DNA of 61,953 bases, filler included. It is 9 parts of 9 records of this genome, joined end to end, with 100 filler letters (N's around TTAATTAATTAA, not from the genome) between each part and the next. Parts side by side here need not be neighbours in the genome. Positions count along the whole stretch, not along the records: positions 1 to 17,825 come from SRR11831585_380; 8 more parts are not named here. One strand, 5' to 3'. Positions 1 through 11,445 of the stretch are shown in pieces; position 1 is the stretch's first letter, and every line of letters begins with the position of its first letter. Below the pieces are notes generated by a model. It worked only from the letters and a program-made list of their open reading frames with translations. It searched no databases and was not told the DNA's origin. The position numbers and the translations under genes are program-made.

Positions 1-150
1 CCAGAGCGGAGAAGACAGACACACACGCACACAAGTACACAATTAGGGCATTCACTCGCACTCATACTAACATATGTGGGACCACACAGCCATTCGATCA
101 CCTCCACACAGTGATAGCACAGCTGGTATTCATTCAACGACCGTACGTAC

Positions 151-3100
151 TTAGCGGGAGCTTGCGCACGAGGCGGGTTTGGAATCCTACACCAAAATCA
201 GCATCAACTCCCCACAATCACTTCAACCAAATCGTTGTGAAACACACTCCCGCAGCGTACGATCGAAACGTGCCCTGACCCGACGGCTGCCCGCGCGCTA
301 GTGCTGGTGCCGATGCTGCCTTCTGAGGGGACGGTCGATGTTCTCGCTCGTGATCTCCCGTAGTCCTCTCGGGCACCCCACTGCCCCGGTCTATGGCGAA
401 CGATGAATGTGTAGGCTCAGAACGTCGAGCCTCCGAGCTGGCCAGGTTCGGCTGCTGTGGTGGAGGTGATTTGTGTCTTGCATCTGCGAATGCTGAAGGC
501 TGCACGGCGGACTGCTGCGTGCGGGAAGGAGCGGCGACTAGAGGCTCTCGTGCCTGCGGTGCGGGTTCTGTGTGTAGTGATGGTGTGTATGTTTGAATGG
601 TCGGTGGTTGCTCCATGTCCGCGATGCCTTGAGGGAGACGGTCTGAGATGATAGAGGGGGTTGGTGACATAGCCCTGCAGAGCATATATGCGTTAGAAAT
701 ACCGCAAACGACTGCTCCACCGTATATTGTTGTCCTATCAAACTAGACCACCTTTTGCGAACTGACACACATACGTAAACCAGTAAGGCCGTCTGTGGCC
801 ACGCATAAATAGACGCCGATGCACACCCAATAATACGTACCGGTGCGCGGACGGGCGCAACATCGCAGGCTGGTTCATGGTCATGTCCGTTATGCCAGGC
901 GGGACACGGTTGCTCACAAGAGACAGCATCGACACCGGCGAAGGAACCCTACCGCCAGCGTGAGTAACAAGAGAGAGAGAGAGATGAGAGATAATTGTCA
1001 GTGATTCGCGCGTTGGGCCGTACCGTAGCGTTGTTTGCGTAGTTATGGCCGGTGGTGGTGGTAGGGGGGTGGTTTGCATGTCGTCCAGCCCAGGAGGGGC
1101 GCGGTTAGACGTAAGCGATGTCAGAGAAATCATCGAGGTCGGGGATGCTCTACACAAGGCACCATGTAGGTGAGGAAAAAAAGAATCCGACAAGAAAACA
1201 GAACACATTGTTACGAGATGCGAGCGATGAATCAAGTTTACCACACGGAGTAGCGGTTCACAAGCTTTTAGCTGCGGTACCTTCGCTTGGGCACAGGTGA
1301 GTGCATCCGTGTCACCGCGGCTGAGTTGGGTTTACTAACACGGCGGAACGGGGAGGCTGCACGGAATGACGAGCCATCGCTTGGCCTATGCGCGTGGAAG
1401 CACACAATGAGTGAAGGTGAACAGAGGAAAAAAACTGGATTCTTGAGTACTTGAAAGTAGCACTACCAAACAGCATGTGCCACAAACAACACGAGCACAA
1501 CTGGTATTTAAAACGTACACGAAGTTTTCCTGCGGGCCGCCGTCCTGTGCAAGGCCCACGCCAGCGCCCACCAACTCACGTTGATCTGCCGCGTAGGCTC
1601 GGTCCCCTGGTTTGGTGGACGTAGAGGGGTTTACATGGGAACGAGGGGTGTCGGAGGCGGTGATGGGCTGTCGTTTGTGCGATGCAAACCTACACGCTCG
1701 GATGTCAGAAAGCAACAGAAAGATGGGAAAGGGAGAAGAAGGAACAAATAAAGTTGAGTCGTCATTACGAAGATGTATGCAACGAGAAAGAAGCAATATT
1801 GGAGGCACATGGTACCGTCGTGGTTTGTGCAGGAAGGCACTGCACTGTGTGCACTGTTTCTGATACTTGCTGCATTCCGAGCAGTAGACGCTGGCCGGAT
1901 TGTGTGAGTTGTCCTCACGCCAGCATCGGTCACAATCCTCCTGCGTACACACATGAGCCGTGATCCAGTGAACAGTGAATAAAATCAGACTGCACTCCGT
2001 ACATATGTTGCTTCCAAAGGAACCATGTACTTCGTCACAACATACCGTCACCACGTGTCGTGTCCCTGAGGCTGATTCTGTGGTGTCCCAGCCTGCTCGA
2101 GCGTCCTTTCGTACCATACTTTGTGTGACACGTTGAACTACACACACAGCAACAACATCAAGCCCACTGAGTGAGACGGCACAGAAAATACTTGATCATC
2201 TGGTAGCAAAAAGCCGTGCTGCTCAACACACATAATAGAACTATAACACATGCAACAACGCACCGGCAGATCGCAGTGTTCCCATGCTGTCGGAGGCTTT
2301 AGTGAGCTGCTTAACACGTTCACTGTGAGCACATCTGGCGCACACATATTCGTTGTCGTTCGTATCACCGAGAAGCGACGCCAGGGAGACAAGAGGTTGA
2401 GAGGAGCGTTTGTTACAGAGACCGCAGCGCTCGGGAATCTACACAGAGACATCACTCTGAGTTAATTGGTGCAGGAGACGTACAAACGTCATACATAGTT
2501 TTACAACACCATGAATATACGACTGCGAAGTAGTAACAGTGGTTGATAAGATCATAGCTGGAGGCGAGTACATACCGACACGGATGGTGTGTTCAGTTCA
2601 TCATCGTCTTCTTCTTCGTTGAAATCTTCATTGGCTGACAGTGTCAACTCAGCAGAGTGCATAGCTGCATATGCCGCCCGCTTGAATCGATAGCGCATCA
2701 CGCACACCACCAAGATGAATCCGAGCACGGTCAATATCAGTACGGGCAAGCCGACCGCGAGCCAGTAGTTCTACACAGTGTGAAGAAACGCAATTGTTAG
2801 ACAGTCATTAAGCATCTCTTTTACCAACAGGGATCAGCCAACACACACACACACACAAACAAACATAAACACACACACATACACAAATGGTTGGCCAATA
2901 CCACCGTATGAACGTCACATGGAGAACGTACTGTCTCGAAACGGTCAAACACTTCCGCATCCACAGTCGTAACAGCGCTCACAAACTGCCCTGCGCTGCG
3001 TGCCACAGCTTTCACCACCGTCGTCGAGTTGAGCACAATAGGCCCCACATATCGACAGGGTAACGCAGTGGTGCAGGGCGCTGAGAGGGGCAGACTGGTG

Positions 3101-6100
3101 GTCGACGCTGGGAACAGAGGTAGATGGGATGTGCCCAGTGTGTAGAGAATAGTGTCACCGGCGCTGCTGCTCTGTAGTGTGACGGTGGTACGGCCCACGT
3201 CGTAGGTGGTGGTGATAGTGGGTGCGGTAGCTCGCTACAATAACGTGAGTTAGGGAGAAATGATGCGGGGAGGCATAGCAGCATAGCACAGAGCAACGCA
3301 GCTTGTTCTGAAGGTGAGACAGGAAGGAGAGACTGCGCGACGTACCGGTTGTATAACGAATCGCATAATTTGAACAGAGCTGGGGACATGACCCGTTTCC
3401 ACAGCCCGCACATAGACTGTAACATCTGACAGGCCGAATGATGACAGCGGTATTGTGGGGCTTGTCACCGTTACGTAATCTGCACATTGTCCATGAATAT
3501 ACAAGCTGCGCACAACGCGCGTTGCCATTCATTCTGATCAACTACATGAATAACAACAACGCGTACCTGAATCCTGGACCACTGTGTTGTTGGGTTTGTA
3601 TGCAACCTGAATGCGTGAGTTCGCTGTCCCTGTTAGGTGCAGCGGTATGTGGGAGTCACGGCCCGCGAGATAAAAGGAACCGCTCACAGAAATGAATTGC
3701 TGTTGCTGTGATCCATCTACCACCACCAACGCAAAAGCGTGAGCGAATAAAATGCATCTGATCACCTGCAGCTACGAGCGATAGGTACGCTGGAAAACAT
3801 GTACTTCTGCTACAGACTACAGACGTACCACCTCGCGAAGCGAAGGCAGCTATGTTGATTACGACAGTGGACACCGCAGGCAGGGCAACATTGTACACGG
3901 CTGTCGTCTCCGGGCCCGCGAAGGAACCGGCCTTGAAGCAGCGCACTACACAGCAATACGATAAGAGCGTGATAATGCAAAAAAAAGATGTTCTGATATA
4001 CGCTCCGAGAAAACCGGATATTACCCTACGTCAACCACTGCCCGAGCCATAATTCAGCACAACATATGGGTTTGAGAAGGCACCGCTTTACACGAGTGTC
4101 AAGTTTGTAACAACGTATAGACACATACCTCTGAGGACGGTTGTAGTGAGCAGCACAATATTGCCACCCGCCACAGCAGTTGAGTATTGTGTGACGTTGC
4201 TGTTGTCTGTCGTGTAGCGCATGGTGATGTTCGGGTACAAATCAATGGGTGCAACGCGCACAGTCAACGGAGACGCATATCTGCGCAGATACGAAGTGAG
4301 TTATTACGAGGGATTCGTCATCAAAAGGTCATGTTTTGCTATTTACCCTTCCCCGCGCAGTTTTCACGACAATTACAGAATGAAGCAAGATGCACTGTAA
4401 ACAAGTCTATATAATATGTATGCACATACGATTGATTTCTCGGTGGGCTCATGGTGACGCCTGCAAGCGTAACTCGCACAGAGTAGTATCGCTGAGCCTC
4501 GGATGAGGGCGGTCTGTCTGCACCAGTAGCTATCGCACGAACTACACTCGTGAACATAGAGAGGGAAAATTAGGACAGCGACACGAAAAAAGTACAGGCA
4601 AACAGGGACACGCGCACTAGAAAACGATTCGATAAACTCCATACAAACGAATGACCTTGACTCGTACCAAGGAACGAGCTACTCGTGGCGTTTAATGTCA
4701 CTGGCGATGTGTAAACTGTGCCTTGCATTGGGTCAGAGCCATCAGTGGTGTATCTGAGACATCAAAGTAGTCGTAAGCTCCCTCGTTGCAACTTGGGCAA
4801 ACAATTTACCAAGCCACTCATAGCAACACATTCAGGACCAACCTCAAACACTCTCACGGGAGACAACCATACCGAATAACAACGGCACCACTGAGCAGGT
4901 CTGCGGAAGACACGCTCACGTTGAACGTGACAGAATCCGCATAAATACCGTCCACAGGATACACAACAGGTGTACCCACTCGCACGGGGGAGCTGTACAG
5001 AAGACAGCGACCATCCGGTGCGCGAGACAGTCTACTCACACCACGAAAGAATGAGCACACGATTCGTATAAAGAGAGAGAGAGAGAGTCAAACCATAACC
5101 TGTACAACACATTGCATACAAATTACACAGTACGTATCGTACCCGGGCAGGCATCCGCATGATGAATATCGTGTGCGCGGTGGTGTGCTGACTGTGCTGT
5201 TGGGAGGACATGAGGCGCATGCCACAGCGGACGCTGACTGCGTGTAGGACCGATCATCCATGATAGCCGCAGGGGCTTGTGCCGTGGGTTGTCCACTTGC
5301 CTAATGCACATATCATAGTTAGAATCAAGGGTACTCTATACAATGGATCAACTACCAGAACCCGGTACTCGTGGGTATTACGCTGATCAAAGCAGTATCG
5401 GATACGTAAACCAGAACCGGTATAGACCAATACCGGTGCGTATCCTTAGGTACGCACCTGTGTCAGGGAGTAATTTGACACGGCCAGCGCTCCAAGCTCC
5501 GTCACACTAAGAGATCCATTGGCAACGGGTACATTGCCTACATAGACACTGATGCGCGACACGCCCCGAGATGACAGAAACTGCGCGTTGTAGTTGAAGA
5601 TTGCAATGGATGAGATGTGTGTGGAGCGCCCTAGATCTAGTGTGACGCGAAAACGACCACTCTGTGCACTAGCAAACTGGAGTGCCGACTATCGGTCAAG
5701 GAGATAACACTACGAACACGCAATTCACTGACTTGCATTCACAGTCGGGACAAACAATAACCGAGTGACGATAACGAGCAATATGGGACACATGAATAGA
5801 AACGCGGAATGCTGAAAGGATATGATTAGGGTTGTTGCTGGTGGTGTCGCCATCAAACAATCGCTCACAGGAAGTTTGCGCGGTGCTGCTCCCATCCGAA
5901 GTACAGTTCACAATGGGCACCCTACAGCACACACAAACATTAACAGGCGCGAATCATCTATCGCAATAACACACATAAACTTGGACGGAGCGAATAGAGC
6001 GCCATCTGCGCGTAGGTAATGGTGTGCGTACAGTGACAGCAGGTTGTCATACACTTGCACCTCCAGAAGTCCTGTGGGCTGACTCGCACACGAGAAACAG

Positions 6101-9100
6101 TCGTTCGGGTGGACTAGCAGCGTGAGATAGCGCCCCTGCCACACCTACGTTCGCAAGACCACGTTCAGAGTTAGCGCGCCATCATCTAACACGACCAAAG
6201 TAGAAATTTCGTGTGACAGTAAAATATAGAGCTGGGTTGATATCATATCGCGTAAGAGCAAAAGAATAGAACCATTGACCGACTGTGACAGATGAGCAGG
6301 GTAAGTTGCGTACCTGAAACTGGTTCCAGCTACATTCACACGTGCAGTCATCGGTTCTCTTCATGCCTGCTGGGCAAGGGGCAACGAACAGGCCTCGGCC
6401 CGCACAAAACTCTGCACGAACGATATGATGAGAGCGATGCAACTCACTGGTTGTAACTATTCAAGTATCCATCTGAAACTCACTCATCTGAAACTAACTC
6501 ATTTCTGCGGTTCTTCGTACCTGTTGAGGACGTCGCTGCAATACACGTGCAATTTGTTGACGCTCGCTGAAATCCCGGTGCACATTGGGGTACGCAGGTT
6601 CCTAGATGCACCAAAATGACTTGTGAGTTAGTTTAACGGTCCTGTGGTTCCGGGAACTTGTGACGAAGCGGACAGGGAACCCAAAAGATCATACCGTTGC
6701 ACATCTCATCGAGTACGCCGTCGCACGCGTTCTGCACTGTATAACTTGTCTGATAGTAACCAAGCAAGCTGCTTGTAATGGCGGTGGGGTACATACGCAC
6801 TTCATCCACGGACGCGACCAGAAACGAGTTGTAATTGGTATCCTGCAGCAAATTATTCATAAAGGCCAGAGCACGCATGAAGCCATTGAAACATATATCG
6901 TGCACCGAGATTATCCCGCCATTGTATGGAGTGTACGGAAACGTACGTTTCGGCCACCCACGTAGACCAATTCTAGCGATCCCGCGTATGTGATAGTGCC
7001 CATATACACAGCTTGACCTGTGACACAGACACGTGCGCGGGGTGAGTCCGCAAGAAAAGAAACCACACACGCAAAGATTACAGTCAACCCAAGCCCATAT
7101 GTCCCAGAGATCACACACGCAAAAGCGTACCTGTCAGCTGACCATCCACCCAGAACTGCGTGACTCCGCTAGTCACCGTCACAGCAATGTGGTGCCACAG
7201 TGTGAGGTCCAGTGAAACGGGACTAGAGTACACGGTCCCTATGGAGCCTCGTGTGAATTGAACCGTGAGTGTGGTGTACGTGGTGACGATGCCCAGCGAC
7301 CAGAATGGATGCCTGTGCACAGAAATCAAGGTGAGTTCACACTGTATCACTGAACAAGCACTTCTCCGTTGTGTTAATATCAGGCACCTATGATGCACGT
7401 ACACGCCGATGATGGTAGCGTTTTGCGAAGTTGGACCTGCTCTGACCCATGCCTCCGCGGCAAAGTTCGACTGAGGCTGCAGCAGACGGCTGTCGGTTAC
7501 GTTGGCAGAAAAATACGATTGAAGAAGCTGTCTAGGGTTGCAGTTATTTGCGCCTCCCCCGGAAGTTGTGAAGCTCTGTAGATAGACATGTCAGTGAATA
7601 GCGCATTCAACAATCGTACCTGCAGTTGCGGGGGCAGCGGGATAGAAAAAGTACATGCAAAAAGATCGTTGTTATCTGCCGGTGAGTAAAACCCTATAGG
7701 GGCGTCCGGACACAAGTTACCCTATGCTTGCTGTTAGAAACACTTGACAAGAACGATGCATAAGGGATACACGAGGATGCGTGGACCAAAGAAGCTCACA
7801 TACCAATTTGTACTGATCCGCTTGTCTGCATAAAAATGGGCAATCTGGCGTTGTGACTGCAATCGTCGTGTACACAGATGTTGTGTCGTTTCCTGGCTTA
7901 TTGGTACTAAAACGCACGTTACTCAAAATGATCAACATGCACCAACCCTGCACACGCTGCACAAGAATGTATCACACTTTGGTGCATACCAAGTGAACAA
8001 GGAGGGATTCCCTGCTAGTGCATATTTGCCCACTGCTGCAGGCACACACACCGATCCGCCCAGCACATAGTATCCAGGAGTAGCACATGCCCAGGGACAG
8101 CTGTTGGAACCGTTCCCTGGCCCAATATACGTATCCAGAAGTTAAAGAGTTAACAGTCTTCAAATAAGTTTCGAATTTTTACGCACAAAACAAACGGTAT
8201 CAAAGATCAAAGAAAGAACAATGATAAGTGGATATATAGTGTGGAAGGGCGGAAACGCCAGCGGCGCGGTGGTACACGTATAACGAGCACAATCACCTGC
8301 GAGGGAGTAAAATCCCACCCCAACTGGGCTCACAACGCCATTGGCACAATAAAGATCGACACCACATGAGGACGCGGTGCAAGTCTGGAGCAGCGTTCGC
8401 GCAGCCCTGTGTGAGCTGACATCGGTGTTTAAGGCCAATGAGGTGGACCGAGTCTCGCCATACACAAGAACGGGCAAAGGCGGACTGGACTCGCTCAGCA
8501 GTCTGCGAGAGGCAGCAAATGTAAAGTTCGATCCTATTAAAATGATGTATCACCACAAGTAAGAACACGGCCTGTCACTTCCGCGTGTAGCATCGCCAGC
8601 GTACCTAAGGCTAGGACGAGGAAGCCGTCTGAAAGCTGAAATTTGGTTGGTGTTCTCAGATTGTCATAGGAGCCATTTCGAAAAACTCCTGTCGAAAGTG
8701 CAACCACCAATGGCAATCCAAAGGTGTCATTCGCTTGCGCTGCACAATAAAATAAGCAACCATGGGAAGTTGTACTCGATGAAGTCATTAACCAACCCAC
8801 AGTGGACCAGTACAACACACCTACCTGTGAACGAAGCCATCGTGTGCGTGTTCATGAGCAGCTCCAGCCCAGGCGTTTTTGCAAACAGCGTACGACACAT
8901 GTGAAACCCAGTCAGCCTCCCCGCCACCGTGCGATTGCTCTCAAACCGCTGCTCCGCCCACGCAAACTGCGCCAGTTTCACGTTCCAGCAGTTCCGTAAC
9001 AGATCGAAGGGTAGGGCGCTGACAGCACTCTGATACGCACTGTGCAGCGTGCGTGCTCTTGCGAGTCCGCTCAGTATGGTGTGATATACAGCGTTCTGTA

Positions 9101-11151
9101 TGTTGAAGCTGTATGAGGTTGTGAGTGTGGGGGAGACGCAGCGGCTCTCAATGGTTCCTGTCAAAGGTTTCATACCGCTATGTGTGAGCACATTGTGCAG
9201 CAAATACGCGAACACGTTCGAATAAGACCTGGGTATACTTGCTCTTCAGAGCAGATGAACAGAAATACAGTCTGACAGACTTGACTAGTACACGGATAAC
9301 ACGCACACAAGCATACCTGGAATGGCGCACTTGAGCGTGTAATAGATCATGGTCTGCCGCCACAGGTCTACGTACAGTCCGTGCAGCGCAAGCACGCTGG
9401 TGGACAGAGACAGAAAATGTGCCGCATCCTCATACTCTCTAACGCACACGGTGTTTTTAGTACGTCACGTGGAACTATGCACACATGATAATGATGGTGC
9501 TAACAAGTAGAAGCAATGCTTTGAGGTTGTTGTGCACACTCAATATACGGGAGAGTACGCGACGGACGACATACCGCTGAATTGCTTCGAAACTTGTGTT
9601 GGTGACCGAATGAAACGGAAACAGACCCGTCAACACAGTGGAGCCTTGGAACCACGATATCGAGTCAGCCTATGTTGCGACACATAGTCAGTGTGGTGTG
9701 GGGGCTTTGCTGTGCACTCAATACATTCTCACACAAATCACAGAAAGCATGACCGGCTGTTGGTGTAGTGTGTCACATTGCAGAACATACCTCAAGTAAC
9801 GGTAGCTGCAGGCTGATCAAAGCGATCTCTGTCTCGTTCAGAAGTACATCTGCACATACACAACGAACGCTCCGCATGAGACCACCACATATTCGCAGAG
9901 GTCACAGTTTCACTAGGCGCCTTATCCCACTGACAGTACATGTGACGCACCGATGTTGCTGCTGCGCTGTGCAAGGAGAGCGAGTGCGTCCCGTGTGCGG
10001 TTCAGTCGCTGTATGCGGTCTGACAGTATACTCTGTGCGGTGGAGGGCGATACGGAGACGACGGGGGCGAGTCGAGACTGCGAGGACAGAATACACAGGT
10101 TAGAGAGAGAGATAGAGACAAACACTGAGCCTAGACGCGGGAAACTACCACAAGAGGTACGGAACACGAACAACGAGCTTGATTTGCGAAAGCACAATAG
10201 TCACAGTCAAAATCTGAGACGACATACGGGTAGACCCAGGGTCGACTCACGCAGCCACTCCTCACTGCGCTGCACGGCTTGCACCACATTACGATACAGC
10301 AGCCACATCCGCTCCAGTATTCTTCTTGCTGCATCCGCTAGAACAGGCGCACGCACACTGCCTACCTGAACTGAGGCCCCAAACGCACCGCTAAGAGCCC
10401 CACGGTCCGCTGTCAAGGTTTCGCCGCTCCAGTCCCGTATGTTGTCGCGAAGCTGATCATAAAGGGTCTGCAGATTCCGTATGCTGCGCCATGCGTGAAG
10501 ATCCGTGAGCGCATGGCTGGCCCGCTGTGCGTCGGCGCTGAGAAGGGCGGGGGCCGGTCTTTGCAGGAAGCTGAATGAGGTTCCGCTCAGATCGTGCCAG
10601 GATGACGCGGTGGGGTTGCAGTTGTAGGTGAAGGCTTGGCACGGAAACGGGTCGAAGATGGAGCTGTTGAAGGACGCAGGGGCGGAAACTGCGCGCGAAG
10701 AAACCGCATGAGTTGCTCATGTAACAAATTTTGTGACGTACCATAGCATTGTGAGTTCCATGAATATAATGGACTTGTGTTTCCATTGGTATTCTCCCCA
10801 CTGATGACTGTTGCTGCGCTCTCGATGAACTGAATGGATGGGCGGTTCATGAGAAACGGAGCAGTCTGACACAAGATGGAGCCATTGATGACACGCAGTC
10901 TTCCCATGAGCAAGGGCCCGGGTATTACTTGAAAGGCGGTCGCCACATGACCTGCACACAAGTTACGAATTACTTGGGTACCACCTCGTGCGGAACATAC
11001 CAGCAAGCTCCAAATGCTGTAACGATGTATTGGCCAGAGCGCACGTCCCTATATGGTGTGTCAGAAAAGCGCGCAACTTGATTCTTTCAAGATGCGTACA
11101 CAAAAAAGCGCAATGCGCTAGTACAAGATATATTATACACCCAAAACGCAT
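151..11151 (-). CDS. Giant multi-exon (about 43 exons) type-I membrane protein: signal peptide, unannotated N-terminal region, Cys-rich repeats, LamG/ConA-like, F5/8-like, CHB_HEX_C/Fn3-associated-like repeats, TM, CxxC..CxxC, B-box, low-complexity tail; 3' end probably runs off the window
   Basis: Manual splicing gives one phase-consistent frame from ATG 11151 (MRFGCIIYLVLAHCAFLWTCALA, signal-peptide-like). It passes FAAEAWVR..WHHIAVTV..FWVDG..VDEVRMY (LamG, ~6700-7450), LFDGD..LDLG..IAIFNYN..RGVSRI (F5/8-like, ~5460-5920), IRYTTDGSDP and MRYTTDNS (~2930-4990), TM WLAVGLPVLILTVLGFILVVCVM-RYRFKR (exon 2576-2770) and CDRC..VYCSEC..CTQC..LH..H (1660-1940). The model needs two AT-AC introns. Confidence 0.75.
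5682..5823 (-). other. U12-type (minor spliceosome) AT-AC intron, 142 nt, phase 1
   Basis: 5' end ATATCCTTT, branch point TCCTTGAC (5702-5695), AC 3' end 14 nt after the branch A. Removal joins NNPN to LQFASAQSGRFRVTLDLG in frame. Confidence 0.9.
8131..8235 (-). other. U12-type AT-AC intron, 105 nt, phase 2
   Basis: 5' end ATATCCACTT, branch-like TCTTTAAC, AC 3' end. The segment holds in-frame TGA and TAA with no AG between the TAA and the resumed coding frame. Removal restores CTTAPLAFPPFHTMYIGPGNGSNSCPWAC, which matches the neighbouring Cys repeat. Confidence 0.82.
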
Positions 11152-11445
11152 TCTCGAACCACCACTAACTGAGCACCATAGCCAAGAGACGAGAAGTCGG
11201 TCGCCAGAGAGACAGAACACTGCCGAAAAACCCGCGAACGGCCGACGCACTGAAGAACCAGGGGGCAGTTGGGCACACGCCGCTGTGCAACGCAGCTGGA
11301 AAGTGATGTAGGGAAAACACAGCAAAAATGTGCGTGCCGCATTCATATATCGATAGAGGAAAACGACCCATGTGTATGTGAAAGCGAGTATTCAAGACTA
11401 GAGGTTGTTGGTTTTTAAATACTGAAAAACTTGGGGTGCCCGCGA

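Noticed and set aside
6470-6502. 15-bp tandem duplication CATCTGAAACT(C/A)ACT
   Set aside because: Two copies in an intron; ordinary slippage duplication.
8131-8235. Stop-codon reassignment to explain in-frame TGA/TAA in the giant gene
   Set aside because: The stops fall inside segments with U12 splice signals, and TAA and TGA end other genes here (ALDH, LITAF, CDK10, M8).
11152-11346. Upstream in-frame ATG at 11346 as start of the giant gene
   Set aside because: ATG 11151 begins a better signal peptide; the upstream start cannot be fully excluded.
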